The translations under genes and the position numbers were made by a program. Below are positions 13,175-26,871 of a stretch of DNA of 64,000 nt, one piece after another. Under the pieces are notes generated by a model. That model was not told the origin of the DNA, searched no databases, and saw only the letters and a list, made by a program, of their open reading frames with translations. Within the stretch, counting starts at the first letter, position 1. Each line of letters starts with the position of its first letter. The stretch is taken from positions 11,346,001 to 11,410,000 of the forward strand of contig OX597815.1 in assembly GCA_951406725.2 (NCBI GenBank), in the 5' to 3' direction. Source of the DNA: Octopus vulgaris (lineage: Eukaryota).

Positions 13175-14134
13175 GGTAACTGTCATGGTTATGTCAAAAG
13201 GTTACGATTCGGTTTGCATGTCAGGCTTGGTTCTATAGCATATTTGTAATTTTTTTAACCGGGTACTCATATACCAGAATGACGGTAGGTGGGAAGGAAA
13301 TAACCTTACTCAGGAAAACAATGACAGTTTATCGTGTATATAAGGTGGTCTAAGCTGGGTATTAATGACCAATGATTTGAAGATCTCAAATAGCGAGTCT
13401 CGTAGATGACAGTGATTGGACAGACCCGTTATTCTTTTGATTGATATTATAAACAGTTGCAATACACGCAGTTTGTCATTGGGAGAGATTTAACATTTGC
13501 GACGAACACTTGAGGCTTCTGTCAAGTATATCCCATTTCATGATCGGGAGGTCATCTTGATTTTAAAGACTGAAAGTAGAGCGGAAAGGAATGGTAAAGC
13601 TTTCCTTGCCCTCATACCAGAAAGAGTGATTGAAATGTTTCCCTTGATATTATTGTTACTCCCGTGCTTCGTTTTCTGATGCCTTCAGACTGTATCAGAT
13701 TGGGACTATAAATCAAAACGTAAGAGAAGTGCAAGTCCCATAGAGGAGAGTTGGTTACAGGTTGAAATATCGTTGAAATAGTGTCTGTGTGGATGGCACT
13801 TTGTTACTGTCATAACATTTCATATGTAGAAAGTGATATTATCTAAGCTTAAGCATCTTAGCTTAAGTTTACGATTCACATGTGAGTGTGGCAAATGTGG
13901 CAGAGAAAACGTACATGCATACACACCCGTGTACGTACAAGCAAACAAACCACCACACACATGCACACACACTCGCACACACACGTATATGTTTACATGC
14001 AAGTATGTGTATGTGTGTTACATGAACATATATATGTATATCTCTCTGTACGCCCTCTTTCTCTGAACTTATGTAAAACATTTAATATATGTAATCTATC
14101 TATCCAATCTAATCTATCTATCTATCAATGTATT

Positions 14135-14203
<69 letters not shown>

Positions 14204-14218
14204 GTATGTATATATATA

Positions 14219-15525
14219 CACCACATTGAAGATGTACTCAAAGCCTTGGGAACAGGTTCGAACTCTGATGTCATATATCTTGACTTCAGTAAAGCATTCG
14301 ACAGGGTAGACCATAATATCCTACTCTCAAAATTGGCAAATGTTGGAATCCGTGGAAAAGTTCTACACTGGATTAAGTATTTCCTGGCGAATAGAACATA
14401 TCATGTTGTAGTTGATGGAGTCCACCCAAGCCCAGCAAAAGTCACCAGCGGTGTCCCACAGGGTACTGTCTTGGGTCCGCTACTCTTCATAATTTACATA
14501 AACGACTTTTCCAGTGTCGTACATTACTGCAAAGTGAAAATATTTGCTGATGACACTAAGCTCCAGCAAATCGTCAATAAAGAAGCAGACCGAACTCAAC
14601 TCCAGTCTGATCTAAATGCTGTGAGTCAATGGGCAGACAGAAACAAAATGCAACTGAACGAGGGAAAATTTGAGCTGATGCATTTTAGAAGAAATTCCTC
14701 ACTAAAACAGCGATACTCTCTTCCTTCAGAGGAACCGCTCATAGCCTCTAACAATATCAGAGACCTGGGTGTAATTGTTGATGACGATCTCAGTTGGAGT
14801 GCACACATCAACAAGAAGGTCGATATAGCTCGTAGGATGAGTTCCTGGATCTTAAGAACTTTCCGGTCCAGAGAACAAGGTGTCATCATACCACTTTTCT
14901 CCTCCTTTGTACGGCCACACCTCGAATACTGCTGCCCACTGTGGTCTCCCCATACAAGACAAAACTTCTCGAGGATTGAATCACCCCAGAGGGCACTCAC
15001 TAAACGAATTGAAGGCAAGGATGCTCTCGATTATTGGGATCGCCTTAAAGCCTTGAAACTCTACTCTCTCCAGCGCCGCTGTGAGCGGTACATCATTTGT
15101 ATGATGTGGAGAATATACCGCCAACTTTGCCCAAACGACCTGAACATTAGTTTCAAGGTTCATCCAAGACTGGGACCACGGGCCATACGTCCCCTGCCCA
15201 ATTCAAGATCACAGCATACATGTACGCTGCAACATAATTTCTTTTCCTCAACAGGCCCTGCCCTATTTAACATTGTCCCGAAAGAGATCAAAGAGGAAAA
15301 GATCCCATCAACTTTAAACGGAGTCTGAATAGATTCCTTCAAAGAATACCAGATAAGCCACCCATAATTGGATACAACTCACCCAACAAAAACTCACTAC
15401 TTGAATGGACCATAAACAAAACTTGACTTAAAGAGGATTCAAATAATCCTATCAGGTAGTGCTATTAAGTTAGACATGGCCTGGACCAATCTTTGGTCGA
15501 AACATATCTAAGTTTATCTAAGTTT

Positions 15526-15527
<2 letters not shown>
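14219..15527 (+). mobile_element. 5'-truncated CR1-clade LINE (RT domain plus 3' UTR)
   Basis: DVIYLDFSKAFDRVDH, SGVPQGTVLGPLLFIIYIND, FADDTK, VRPHLEYCCPLWSP in ORF 13886-15328 (N-terminal ORF part is microsatellite read-through). The 3' end has a gacca-atctt-tggtc hairpin and (atctaagttt)2, and the element sits in (TA)n. Confidence 0.93.
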
Positions 15528-15574
<47 letters not shown>

Positions 15575-15614
15575 TATATAAATGTATATGTATATATATA
15601 TATGTATATGTATG

Positions 15615-15685
<71 letters not shown>

Positions 15686-16859
15686 ATAATAATATAATAT
15701 ATAGGGAATAATAATATTTTATATATATATATATATAAAATGAATGAGCATACGTCAAAACGCTTTGAAGAAATATGAACCGGATTAGCGCTGAAACCAA
15801 AGCAAATTCCAATATTCCAGTGTTCTAAGCATGGAAGTTGTAATCCCGATGAAAGAGGTGGTGATAGGAAACTAAATGAAAAAAAAACAGAAGATGAAAT
15901 AAAAGATGCACAAGCTGTTATTTACGCCGTCAATCCACTCTGGAATAAATTACACAAATGTAAATATAAGTACAAAAAAATCCCCAGTTAGTCCATAGTT
16001 TTCTTTCACAACTAGATAATTATCCTGGGGTTATACATGAGAAAATGTAATTGAAAAGAAAGAAAATCCTTGATAATCCTTTACAGCTGTTTCAGGGATT
16101 CTATGACAAATTGATGCAGTAATGGTGTTATGCATACATAAATAAGCAATACAGAAAATAGGTAATAACATATAGATGTGCTTATATTCATATAGACCTA
16201 CAAAATTTTTTATATTCATATTGACATTCAATTTGTCACCAAATTCCTGAAACAACTGTAAAGGATTGTCTCATATTTCTTCATTGTTCTCAGTTGTATT
16301 TTCGTTTATTATGTTTATATTTTTTATAAACTATAACTACTTTGACACCATTTACTACTGCTTGTCAATCTAATATTCAACTCTGTCTATATCTGTTCAT
16401 ACATGCAACCATACATGACACACACACTCACACAAAAACGTACACGTACACACACACACACACGTACACATACACACACACATTCACGTACACATACACG
16501 TACGCAGACAGCCAGCCAGCCAGCCAGACACACACACACACACACTCACACACTCTCACTCTCTCTCTCTCTCTCGCTCAATTTTTTTGTCCTGAAACAC
16601 ATTTCTAAAAGAATTCAACTCCAAATATTAGAATATAATTATTTAAGAATAAAATCGTGCCATTTTCGTAATTTGAAAGTTGCAATAGAAAATTGCTAGA
16701 TAATACTGAATTAAAATATCATTTGCACTTTAAATAGATACATAGAAACGTATGAAGACACGCAAGCACACGCAAGCACAAATGCGCACAAACACAAGTA
16801 TACACAACCATCTAAACACACGTACACACACACATACACCACACAGACATAATTTCAAA

Positions 16860-17480
16860 TGGCTCCCAGAAAGAGCAGACATCATTCTTCATCTATAATT
16901 ACCGACAGAGATTATGCTGATGATATAATTCTCTCCTAATACTATAAAAGAAACTCAGCTTCTACTTCGCCGATGTGAGGAAGCTGCAAAATTGGTAGAT
17001 TACACACCATTGATGATTAAACTGAGGCTATGATTTTCAATCAACAAAAATACGACGTTGAATCATCAAAGCGTGTTAAATTGAAGTGCGTAAATGACTC
17101 TTAATATACGGGATGTTTGGTAGAATGTTCAGAGAGGCAATGAAGTAAGAACTAAATAACCATAGTCAGCAATGAACAAGACGTCCGCAATACGGGAGAA
17201 AAATTAATCTATTACCCTTAAAATGCAGTGTTTTAGAACTGCTATACAAACATTATTGATACGTTGGTGTGAATACTAGACGATTAGAAAATATAAAAAA
17301 AAAACCAAATAGGATTCTGGGCAAACGGATTACATAATAAATTGTTAAATAATGTGAAGAATATTTATTCCTTGGAAGCAATATTTTTCGATCAGCGTCT
17401 TGTAGTGATCATCAAGGTCGGATGACTTGCCCGGACCAATATAACAATTCTCTGCCAGCACTTCGATCGAGGAATGAAGC
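16860..17480 (+). mobile_element. decayed RTE-like LINE RT fragment
   Basis: DYADDIILS (16910-16936), then KETQLLLRRCEEAAKLV, TEAMIFNQ and LKCVND, with frameshifts. Confidence 0.7.
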
Positions 17481-17970
17481 ATGAATACCTGGTGTTTTAC
17501 TTATATTGGTCTTTCGCTAGCTGAAATACTTCATCTGCGCACGTTACGACTACAAATGATAGCACTATTCTGGTCATTGACCTTCTTTGGTCAGAATCTA
17601 GTGCTACCCGTTATTGACACAACGAGTATGTTTACCCAAATAGTTCCCATCGCCACGCTGCAAACTATGAATTTAACATGTTCTGACTCGAGTACTGAAA
17701 GATGCCATCATAAAAATATTTTTGTAGGACATTGGTGGTGAAGAAAAGATGAAATTTTATGTCGAATAGTAATACGGGAACAATACCTCTAAAAGAAGAG
17801 GTATACCTCTGTTAGAAGACATAACCTTGGGGGAGATGGAAATATTGCAGAGATAATAGAGGGCAAAGAAGCGTCTAAGAGACAGTTCTACGGTACCCAA
17901 ATGAGTGCGACTGAATATGACATAGCAAACGTAAGAGACTATATATATGTATATAATATGTAATAATTGG

Positions 17971-18351
17971 GAGGCGCAATGGCCCAGTGGTTAGGGCAGC
18001 GGACTCGCGGTCGTAGGATCGCGGTTTCGATTCCCAGACCGGGCGTTGTGAGTGTTTATTGAGCGAAAACACCTAAAGCTCCACGAGGCTCCGGCAGGGG
18101 ATGGTGGTGATCCCTGCTGTACTCTTTCACCACAACTCTCTCTCACTCTTACTTCCTGTTTCTGTTGTACCTGTATTTCAAAGGGCCGGCCTTGTCACTC
18201 TCTGTGTCACGCTAAATATCCCCGAGAACTACGTTAAGGGTACACATGTCTGTGGAGTGCTCAGCCACTTACACGTTAATTTCACGAGCAGGCTGTTCCG
18301 TTGATTCGGATCAACCGGAACCCTCGTCGTCGTAACCGACGGAGTGCTTCC
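17971..18351 (+). mobile_element. SINE family C (tRNA-derived head, OR1-like)
   Basis: A box tggcccagtggtta, B box ggtttcgattccc, 13-bp TSD atgtaataattgg at 17958-17970 and 18352-18364. Confidence 0.92.
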
Positions 18352-19044
18352 ATGTAATAATTGGAATACTGAAAAGATGATGAATACATTTCAGATGGAA
18401 ATTGTTAATGTAGGCTGCTTATAAATTATAGAGTGTATATTGTGTGTGTGTTCCTATCCACATACATAAATGTGTGCTTGAGCATAAGTCTAGGTGCAAA
18501 TGTATATATATCGTCTTACATTGTGTAGTTAACACATCCCAAAGAATACAACAACTGAACGTGTCTGCGTGTCAAAGTGAACGTGGATATATACATACAT
18601 GAGTATGTACACATAAAGATACACATGGATGTGTGTAGTCACACACACGCGCGCGCACACACACACGCGCGTACACACACACTCACACACACACATACAC
18701 AGATCTATGAATATATTTATGCGCTTTTACTTTTGTGTGTGTGCCTATCTACATACGCGAATGTGTGTATAGGCATAGGTCTAAGTGCGAATGTATACAT
18801 ATAGGTATATATGTGGGAGCGGGTGAATATGAGTGTATGTATATATAAGTGTATGTTGATATTATATATTAACACTATCAATACATGTGTGTACAATAGC
18901 CATAAAAAGACATTTAAATAACAAAGGGGACCGACCCACTCACGCAGGACGTACTGTGCCCGGTACAGCCGCAGGGGTCTGTTGACTGTTTTGCCACTAA
19001 CGTGACTTGTTGGATGTTTATCATTGAGTTTAATGACATCTACT

Positions 19045-19340
19045 TAACTCAGTGATTAGAGCGTCGGGCCCACAATCATGAGATAGCGAGTTCGATTACC
19101 ATACCGAGTGGAGTATGGTGTTCCGCGTTTTTCGATGAAAACATTTTCTTTATTTAAACGTTCTTGTATAGAAATTGTATATTTGCAGTGGTTAAAGGGG
19201 AAAACAGAGAAATTTAGTTTGATGTTACCGGCACATCTCTATGTGTTCAGTCAAAGGAATCTGTCTGTATTGCGGGAATCGGATCTGCTCTTTATGCATA
19301 GTGGTTCTCCGTTTCAATGTCACATTCGTCTGTCCTATAT
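19045..19340 (+). mobile_element. old degenerate tRNA-headed SINE (family D-like)
   Basis: aactcagtgattagagcg...gagttcgattacc head. Confidence 0.5.
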
Positions 19341-20220
19341 AGTGATGTCCACCCCTCTAGCAGGTTATTATATGAATTAGGTTCCCAGAGGCACAAAGGA
19401 AGTTGGTCTTCATTGTGAGCCTCTCTCCTTGTTTGAAAAGGAAATCCGAGCCTTCAAGTAGGTTGGGGCATGTTTCACACTTTGGGTGGCGACATTTTTT
19501 AACCGTTGGTTTCGTGGTTATGTAAAGCTTAGAAGTCCCTTTAGCGATTTGTTTTGCTTTTTGCATTTGCTGAGTTTATGCGCTTTCAGGATGTTGTTCA
19601 TTTTTGGGTCTTTCCTTAGTAAAGGAAAATTTTGCACAATAGTGCTGTATGCCTAATTGTTTCTAGGGTTGTGAGTTGATATATACTGTAGTGTTTTGAG
19701 ATGAAGTGTGGTGTTATGTTTTGTTGTCCTTAGTGTTTTTATATCTAATTTCTTGGCACGCTTAAGTCTATCGTCTATAAGTGAGGATAGATATTGTCTT
19801 TCAGTTAATGTTGTTCTGAGGTCTTGAAGACGAAGATCCCAAGTAATTCTATCAGACACTATTGTGAAAATCCTTTTTGCCAAATTAAAGGGGATATTTA
19901 TTTTGATGTTTCGAGAGTCATGAGCTAAAAAGGAAATATTGCTTCAAGTCCGTTGGTTTATGATAGATGCCAGTTATAATTTGCTGCTGACTTTTTTTTA
20001 TCGTAATATCCCTTAAATCATTTAGTGTTGATTTGAATTCTAAAGGTTTGTGAATGGTATCCTTCCACATGATAAAACAGTCAACCAGGTATCTTTTCCA
20101 ATTTTCTCTTATGTAATGGTGAAATGGATAACTATATTTTTGCAGTAACGCTTCATATATGGTGAATTTAAAATAACCCATTATCAGGTTCGCAAGAAGA
20201 GGAGCTGCTTTCGTCCCCCC
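19340..20220 (-). mobile_element. Penelope-like element fragment (RT C-terminal half, thumb, Cys motif before GIY-YIG)
   Basis: GTKAAPLLANLIMGYF...WKRYLVDCF, IYHKPTDLKQYF, AKRIFTIVSD, YISTHNP, KKCRHPKCETCP...NLIHIITC. Confidence 0.88.
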
Positions 20221-20242
20221 TATATATATATATATATATATA

Positions 20243-20641
20243 CTAGCAGTATCACCCGGCGTTGCTCGGGTTTGTAAGGGAAATAACTATATAAGCATTT
20301 TTAGAGATGTAAAGTATAATAGCCATCTCAATATGGCTAACCACAAAGCGGGGGGGTGTGTTACTGTAGCTTTTTACGTTCTGAGATTTAATAATACATT
20401 TTTAGAGAGTTACTTCCCTTATATAAACCGAGCGAAAATGCATTAAAAATACGGAAAAATTATGGTAATTTTTTTTTAAATCGTAGACTCATCGTAAACG
20501 CGCGCTAATACCCAGAAGGGCTCGATATGAATCACGACTATAAGATACCCGGTTTTGGTTAAACTGCACCGCAAAATGTGGGAGTAGTTAGGAATCTAAA
20601 TCGTAGGAGACAGACACACAACCTTATTTTATATATAAAGA
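20243..20641 (-). mobile_element. non-autonomous Helitron
   Basis: Minus strand begins A|TC and ends with hairpin cccgagcaacgccggg then CTAG|T; no TSD. Confidence 0.8.
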
Positions 20642-21664
20642 TATATATATATATAGTAGCAAACGCACTCGTCCTTCGAACGGTTTGAATTGCTTTGGTG
20701 GTATTTTTTCCCCAAATAATTGAACTACCGAGAATGTTTATGAGAAGCACGGCAATCTATGTTTCCGATTAACCTACGAACAGAAAGCCAACTTCCAGAC
20801 TGGTTATTGTGGAGGTCGTTATCATAGAACATATAAGTTTGCAAGCGATACAAACTAGAGCTATTTTGCGAGTACGGATACTAACTACAAAATATTGTTG
20901 TTTTACATGAAAGCGAAATTTCTTGTCAGAGTCAGCAACATAAATGGTGTGAGGAAATTAAAGGAAGACGTTGGAAACTCCCATCTGCCCGTTTATTCTA
21001 TTCAACAGCAAAGGGAGCTATTTTTTCGGAGGGAAGTGTGATTGGTACGTTACAAAATGGCAATATAATACCTACTTCAAAAAAAGTAGAGTTAAAGGAA
21101 TGTATTTGCTACATGCTTGCAATGCACGACCACTCTGAAATTAACTTCAGGTAACGATAAATGAAGACATGAAGAGTTTGGGCTTCAGTTCACGAATACT
21201 GCTTTGAATCTTTAGTAGTTGGCAATGAAAAGATGTCGCGTTGAAAGGCAAGCAGATAATTGTGAATTTATACTGACGGTAAAAGTAAGCAGGATGCACG
21301 TATATATGTATTCAAAATAGCCAGCATAAATCTTATTGTGAGCAGAGAGTTTTCTTAGAGTTGTTCCCTTGCAGATAACGAACGACAGTCACTGATTAGC
21401 TATTCCGAAGGAATAAAAAGGATCATGTCCGCCGGTAAGGCACAATTAAAATTGGAGAATGATTGCATTGTATTCGAGTTTTTAGCCATGCAGACCAAAG
21501 TCAGAAAGTTGCCTAGTCCACACCACGTGGATTAAACATTTTATGGACCATCCCACGCCATCCCGGTGTGGCTTCATCGGGACAGCAGAGCAGAACTGCA
21601 ATTTCTCGGTTCTCTCCGATAGGCGTTCGGTCACTTCTTATGATAACTTTGAAGTTGGGCTCGT

Positions 21665-22184
21665 CTGTATGTCGGAGTGGTACGTTTTGAATTGTTACCA
21701 CCTAATGCAACAATCAATGCTCAAGTCTACTGTCAACAATTAGAGCGTTTGAACCAAGCTTTGAAGAAAAAAGACCTACTTTAGTGAATCGAAAAGGAGT
21801 GATGTTTCATCAGAACAATACTCGACCCCACATTGCAAAGATCACAACACAGAAGATCGAAGAGCTTGGTTGGGAAAAGAATTCTTCATCCAACTTATTC
21901 TCCCGACCTTGCTCCTTCAGGATACCATGTGTTTCGTGGTTTACAGAATCATTTGCGGGACATAACTTTCGCAAGCCAAAAGGAGATCGAAATTGACATT
22001 TCAGAGTTCTTTGCTTTGAAATCAAAAGAGTTTTACATTGATGGGATAAAATATTTGTAAATAGATAGAAGGAATTCATTGATAATCAGGGAAAGTACAT
22101 TGATTATTAAATTTCAATTAAACATAACATTTGATCACTTGTTTTCTTTATTCAAAATTCGGACAGAACTTATGGGATGACCTA
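21665..22184 (+). mobile_element. mariner (DD34D-type) transposase 3' fragment with right end
   Basis: VMFHQNNTRPH, HPTYSPDLAPSGYHVFRGLQNHL, EFYIDGIKYL; terminal cggacagaacttatgggatgaccta. Confidence 0.9.
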
Positions 22185-22187
22185 CAC

Positions 22188-22352
22188 ACGACATGCTTCT
22201 TTCAATTTGTGTCTACCAAATCAACTCACAAGGCTTTAATCGGTCCGAGGCTATAGAAGAAAACACTAGCCGAAGGTGCCACGCAGTGGGACTGAACCTG
22301 AAACCATGCGGTTGGGAAGCAAGCTTCTTACCACACAGCTACGCCTGCGCCT
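22188..22352 (-). mobile_element. SINE family A, 5' half
   Basis: Matches head/CORE-like part of the other family A copies. Confidence 0.8.
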
Positions 22353-22630
22353 GTGTTCACATATATTTTAAAATTCTGCGCATTTTGAACCTTCAGTTAA
22401 CACTAATATGTAAGATAAGCACAAAGGTTGAAAGAATTTCGAAACATGAAATGAGCCCAAATATTTGGGAATTCTTTTACAGATGTTTTCCGAGGAGAAT
22501 ACCATCCCATCAGCAAAGACATGCGTTTATAAAATTAGAGTAGCCAGAGAACAATTAATCTAAATTACTTTTGTTACATAATGCATCGATACAATGTTTT
22601 CACTTCGTCTGCAGTTGCCAGTAATAAAGA

Positions 22631-22666
<36 letters not shown>

Positions 22667-23534
22667 ACTCAAACACACACACACACTCAAACACACACAC
22701 ACAAACACACAAAACCAACAAACCGAATCGAATTAACTTGCTTTATCTTAATGACATATATATAATAACAATCTTTGTTCGTAGTATGTATTATCACCAG
22801 AGTAATTCTCTCACTTAAATGCTTTTCTTATTAAGATTAAAATCTAACATTACCTTAATTTGAATTATATTTTCTTATTTTCATATTCAGTTATATGCTT
22901 AAGTGTCAAGTTAATTTCAATTTTGAAATTAGTTACAGTTACTAGGTTACGATACTTTAACTAGAAATTAAATTCGAGCATAGTCATATCTTTTAAATGT
23001 TTTTGTTCGAAATTGGTTCATATTCCATCTATTTTTCTGTGCAAGTAATATTGAGACGATTTAATTTAAAATTTCAATTATAATGTGAAACAACATTTCG
23101 AGGAAGATTTAGCTAAGCCGTTCAAACTTTTTTTCCATAAACCATTTGATTTTCATATGGATGAACATTACATTCTTAAAGTTTCCAAAATAGAGGGTCC
23201 TACTTTTCAAAACATTAGGTTAAACATAATCTAATTATATTGTATTGATATATCTGATTCACATCATCATTTTCCGGATATTGATTGATATGGATATCTA
23301 TTTACAAATATACATTATGTGTATATGTATATATGTATACATATTTATGCATATATACTTATATATGTATTTACGTATGCAGGTTTGTATATGAATACAC
23401 GCATACATATATATGTATATATAAGAGATAATGGTGTCATTGAGACCTAACATATCTTACATCTATTTTCTTTCCTCCACCTCACTCTCTATTTTGTATC
23501 ACATCGAAACTATTACGTAATCTTCTCTCACACC

Positions 23535-23586
23535 GTCTCCGATGAAGGGATATTATTAATTAATATCCTAGAAACAGCTGTAAGAC
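23535..23586 (+). ncRNA. type I minimal hammerhead ribozyme fold (CCGAUGA core variant)
   Basis: GTCT-CCGATGA-AG-GGATATTA(ttaat)TAATATCC-TA-GAAA-CAGCTG-TA-AGAC; palindromic stem III, GUA site. Confidence 0.75.
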
Positions 23587-26500
23587 CTTCTATCTATAAA
23601 TGCTCTAAAATCTTTACAGCCTTGGTTTTTTAATCTTATTACGCAAAACATTCTTATATATATATATGTACGTATGTATGTATGTAGGTGTGTATGTATG
23701 CTTGTATGATTTTCCTTTGAGTTTGAGTTAAGTTCTTCTTGAGAGATTTCCCCGTGTTTCTGAATACGTAGTTGAGTTGATGCGTTGGTTGAACTGTCGA
23801 TGTATACACCCAAGTGTGTGCATCTATTCACATATGAATCTCACATGCATAGTTTCTGGAATGTCTTACAAATCTTCGCTTTGCCACTAACTGATTGGAT
23901 TTGGATAATCCGCGTCAATTTCAAAACGTATTTCGGTGAAACCAAGTGTTTCCAGGTTTTGTGCAAATTTGCTGGTAGATAGCTTAATGCATCTCTGAAG
24001 ATAGGTACAAATAAGAATTCATAGTATGGGTATAAGAGCTGCATTTCCTGCATTAATTCGCCATAAATTTTCTCTTTTTTTCAGAACTGTTGACAGTACA
24101 TTCACTCCTGCTAGGCAGCTGACTCTACAACAGTGCATGACGTTTGTTCCCTTTCTCATTGAACAATATCGGGTCTATTATGTTTGCACCGAATTGATGT
24201 TTTTATTGGGGTATTGTACCAGTATCCCTTGTTTTTTAAAGATGTGAATACCTGCCGGTCTGACATACCTTTGATGTATACATCAGAGAATTTATTTCCT
24301 ACAGATAACATTGTAAATAGTCTTTGCAGCTATATAATGCCTCAGGGGTATATAGTATCTCGTAGACATTTTGGTTAAGCTAATGACGATGTGGGTGATA
24401 TCTTCCACACCGGTAAAGCAGAGTCAACATTTATTTTTCACAGCGTGGAGGTTTGGTGGTACCTTTGTCCCTGCTGATTATCAAGAATTTAGTAGCTATC
24501 TCCTGTTCCTGGATATTGAAGGTATATCCTTCTAGGTTGTTTGTAATGCATCTATCGCATTGAATGCTGATGTTGCCCTCTACCCTACGGGATATGTATA
24601 CCCATGCATTACAATTTTGTTGGTGTAATGATTTTTTTTTTCAACTTTCTGTTTAGGTAGGCCAATCCAGCCTCCTTTGGGTTGCATGACACAGTTGAAT
24701 TCCCAGAGTAACGGCACAGTAGTTCTTCTACTAACTAAAGATGTTGCTCTCACTTTTGAGTTTGAAAGGAATATACTAATTTTTTCTTTACTGCTCAAAA
24801 AGTGTTGTGTGAGTGATACAGTACGACATCCAAAGGCTCTTGGGAATGACCTTATGCCTCTACTGCCATCACTTCGTCTTACATAAATTCTATCAGTGTC
24901 ACTGATTATGTGGAAGTTGCCAATGGTGGTCAATACTTTTCTGGTTTAGATGTCCAGGCTGCGTATCTCATCGACTGTCCAGTCAGATATCCCAAATGTT
25001 GGCTCTAGAACTAGTACTGAAAAAGAATTGTGAGATGTGTTCCTGTTAAATGCATATAGCTATGAGTTCAATATTTTCTGAGTTCCATAGTTCAACAAAA
25101 GAACTCTTTTTTTTTTATTCTAGCTTAAATACAGCATCAATGTATGCAACATCCTTTTCGATTCTGAAGTATTTGTAGTTTTCCTTATTAGATATAGGGG
25201 AGATAGACAAGCTGTTGATGTACATGTTCTCTCCCTAGTCGACAAGTTTTCTGCAGTGTGAGCATTTATCTTGTCCGAACTCCATTCCTATATCTCATGA
25301 GAATGTTGTGATTAGTTCCAATTGCTCTCTTGATGTTGTTATTACCAGACTATCATTTTAGCTCATCAACAAGAATGTGTGGGTAACGTTAACGGGATTC
25401 TTTTCTGCATATCCCAGCATGTAGCCTTGACATTTTGTTAAATGGGCTGACAAAGAATTCAGTGCCAGTCCATACAGAATTACAGATAAACTATCACCCT
25501 AGAATATGCCTGTTGATAGCTCAATTCTGTTTGTGAAAATAGATGGTGCTTTAGTAGTTGTCAGTTGTAACTGTGTGGACCATGTTGCAGTCAGTCTTTC
25601 GAAAGCATTCATTATAGCAGTTGGTAATTTGGCTTGGTCTAGTGATTTTATTGTCAATCAGTGGAGCACAGATTCGAACGCCTTCTTAAAATCTCGCCGT
25701 ATCGCTACGAGATTATGGCGATGTTGCTTGGCTTCCTTAAAGACAACTTTGTTGAGGAGGAGCTGTTCAGAACAGCCCCAGATTCCTTTCTTTCCTTCTG
25801 CTGGTTCATTGGTTATCACTTCATTTGTTCGGCAGTGATCTGGGAGTAACATATCCAATCAGCCTGTGTCAGTTTATACATAACATTTGGGCTTATAGAT
25901 TTTGGCCACATAGGGCTCTTTGTTTTGGGGGGATGAAATTAGTCCCTGCTGCCGCCAACGAATCTGGTATATCTAGCTCAGTGGCCATTGTATTTGTAAA
26001 CAGCTTCGTAAGAACCCCCCCCCCCACAAAAACGTGAGCTTTTTGTACCAGTATCTTACTGTCAGGTCTCTCTCAGTTGATTTTTCATTCGGCAGTTTCA
26101 TAATAACCGCCAGGAGTGTTTCATATATAACAGCGGGTGCTGTTATATATATATTGACAGACGCATTTTTCAGGACGTTTAACCATGCTGCATCACGGTT
26201 GTGTTGTTTACCTGAATTCCATATTCTCCGCCACAATGACTCTAGGTCTTCCTGGGGAGGACCATTTACTACCCTGATAGTATTACCCTTCATGCTGTGA
26301 TATACGTTTTGTGGGGTTCGGGCAAACCTTCGGTTTATTATTTACCGTTAGTGTAACTTTTTACAATATCTGAGGTTTTCACTTACCTCTCGAAGATCGA
26401 GTTTGGAGGTGATAAGCTTTCCTGTGAATGTTTTCTCGGCGACAGTTCCCATACAATCTGGGGAAACTATCATGCAATCGCGAACCCATTTTTAGCCTTG

Positions 26501-26664
26501 CATTTGATGATAGTGTCCAACTGGTCAATCTTTTTCCTTAGGCTGCACATGTTATTTTGGAGGAAGGTAATCCGTTTTGGCACTGTATTATCCTTTAGAT
26601 TGATCTCTCTTACTACCATGTGTTAGTGCACAGCCACCACGGCGCATTATAGCAGGAAATTTAT

Positions 26665-26756
26665 TACAGTTCTATATTAAAGAGATGAGGAATTATGTAC
26701 ATAATTTACATTATTTACATTTGGCGGATATTTGTCCTCATCTTGTTTGTTGTTAA
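26665..26756 (-). mobile_element. 3' fragment of the tRNA/hammerhead element family seen at 59710-60110
   Basis: Reverse complement ttaacaacaaacaagatgaggacaaatatccg...cataattcctcatctctttaatatagaactgt. Confidence 0.85.
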
Positions 26757-26871
26757 TTGTTGCTGTTGTAGAGGAAATTTATTGTTCAAAAGTTGGGAGT
26801 TCGGATTTGGGCTACTTCTGCTCTCACAATTTCGTCCATCACGGTTAACATCAGGTCGGTATTGTTCTTAT

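Noticed and set aside
13400-13800. Possible LINE C-terminal remnant on the minus strand (LFQRYFN)
   Set aside because: Only one short motif.
13886-15328. 480-aa ORF as a host gene
   Set aside because: Truncated CR1 RT preceded by microsatellite read-through.
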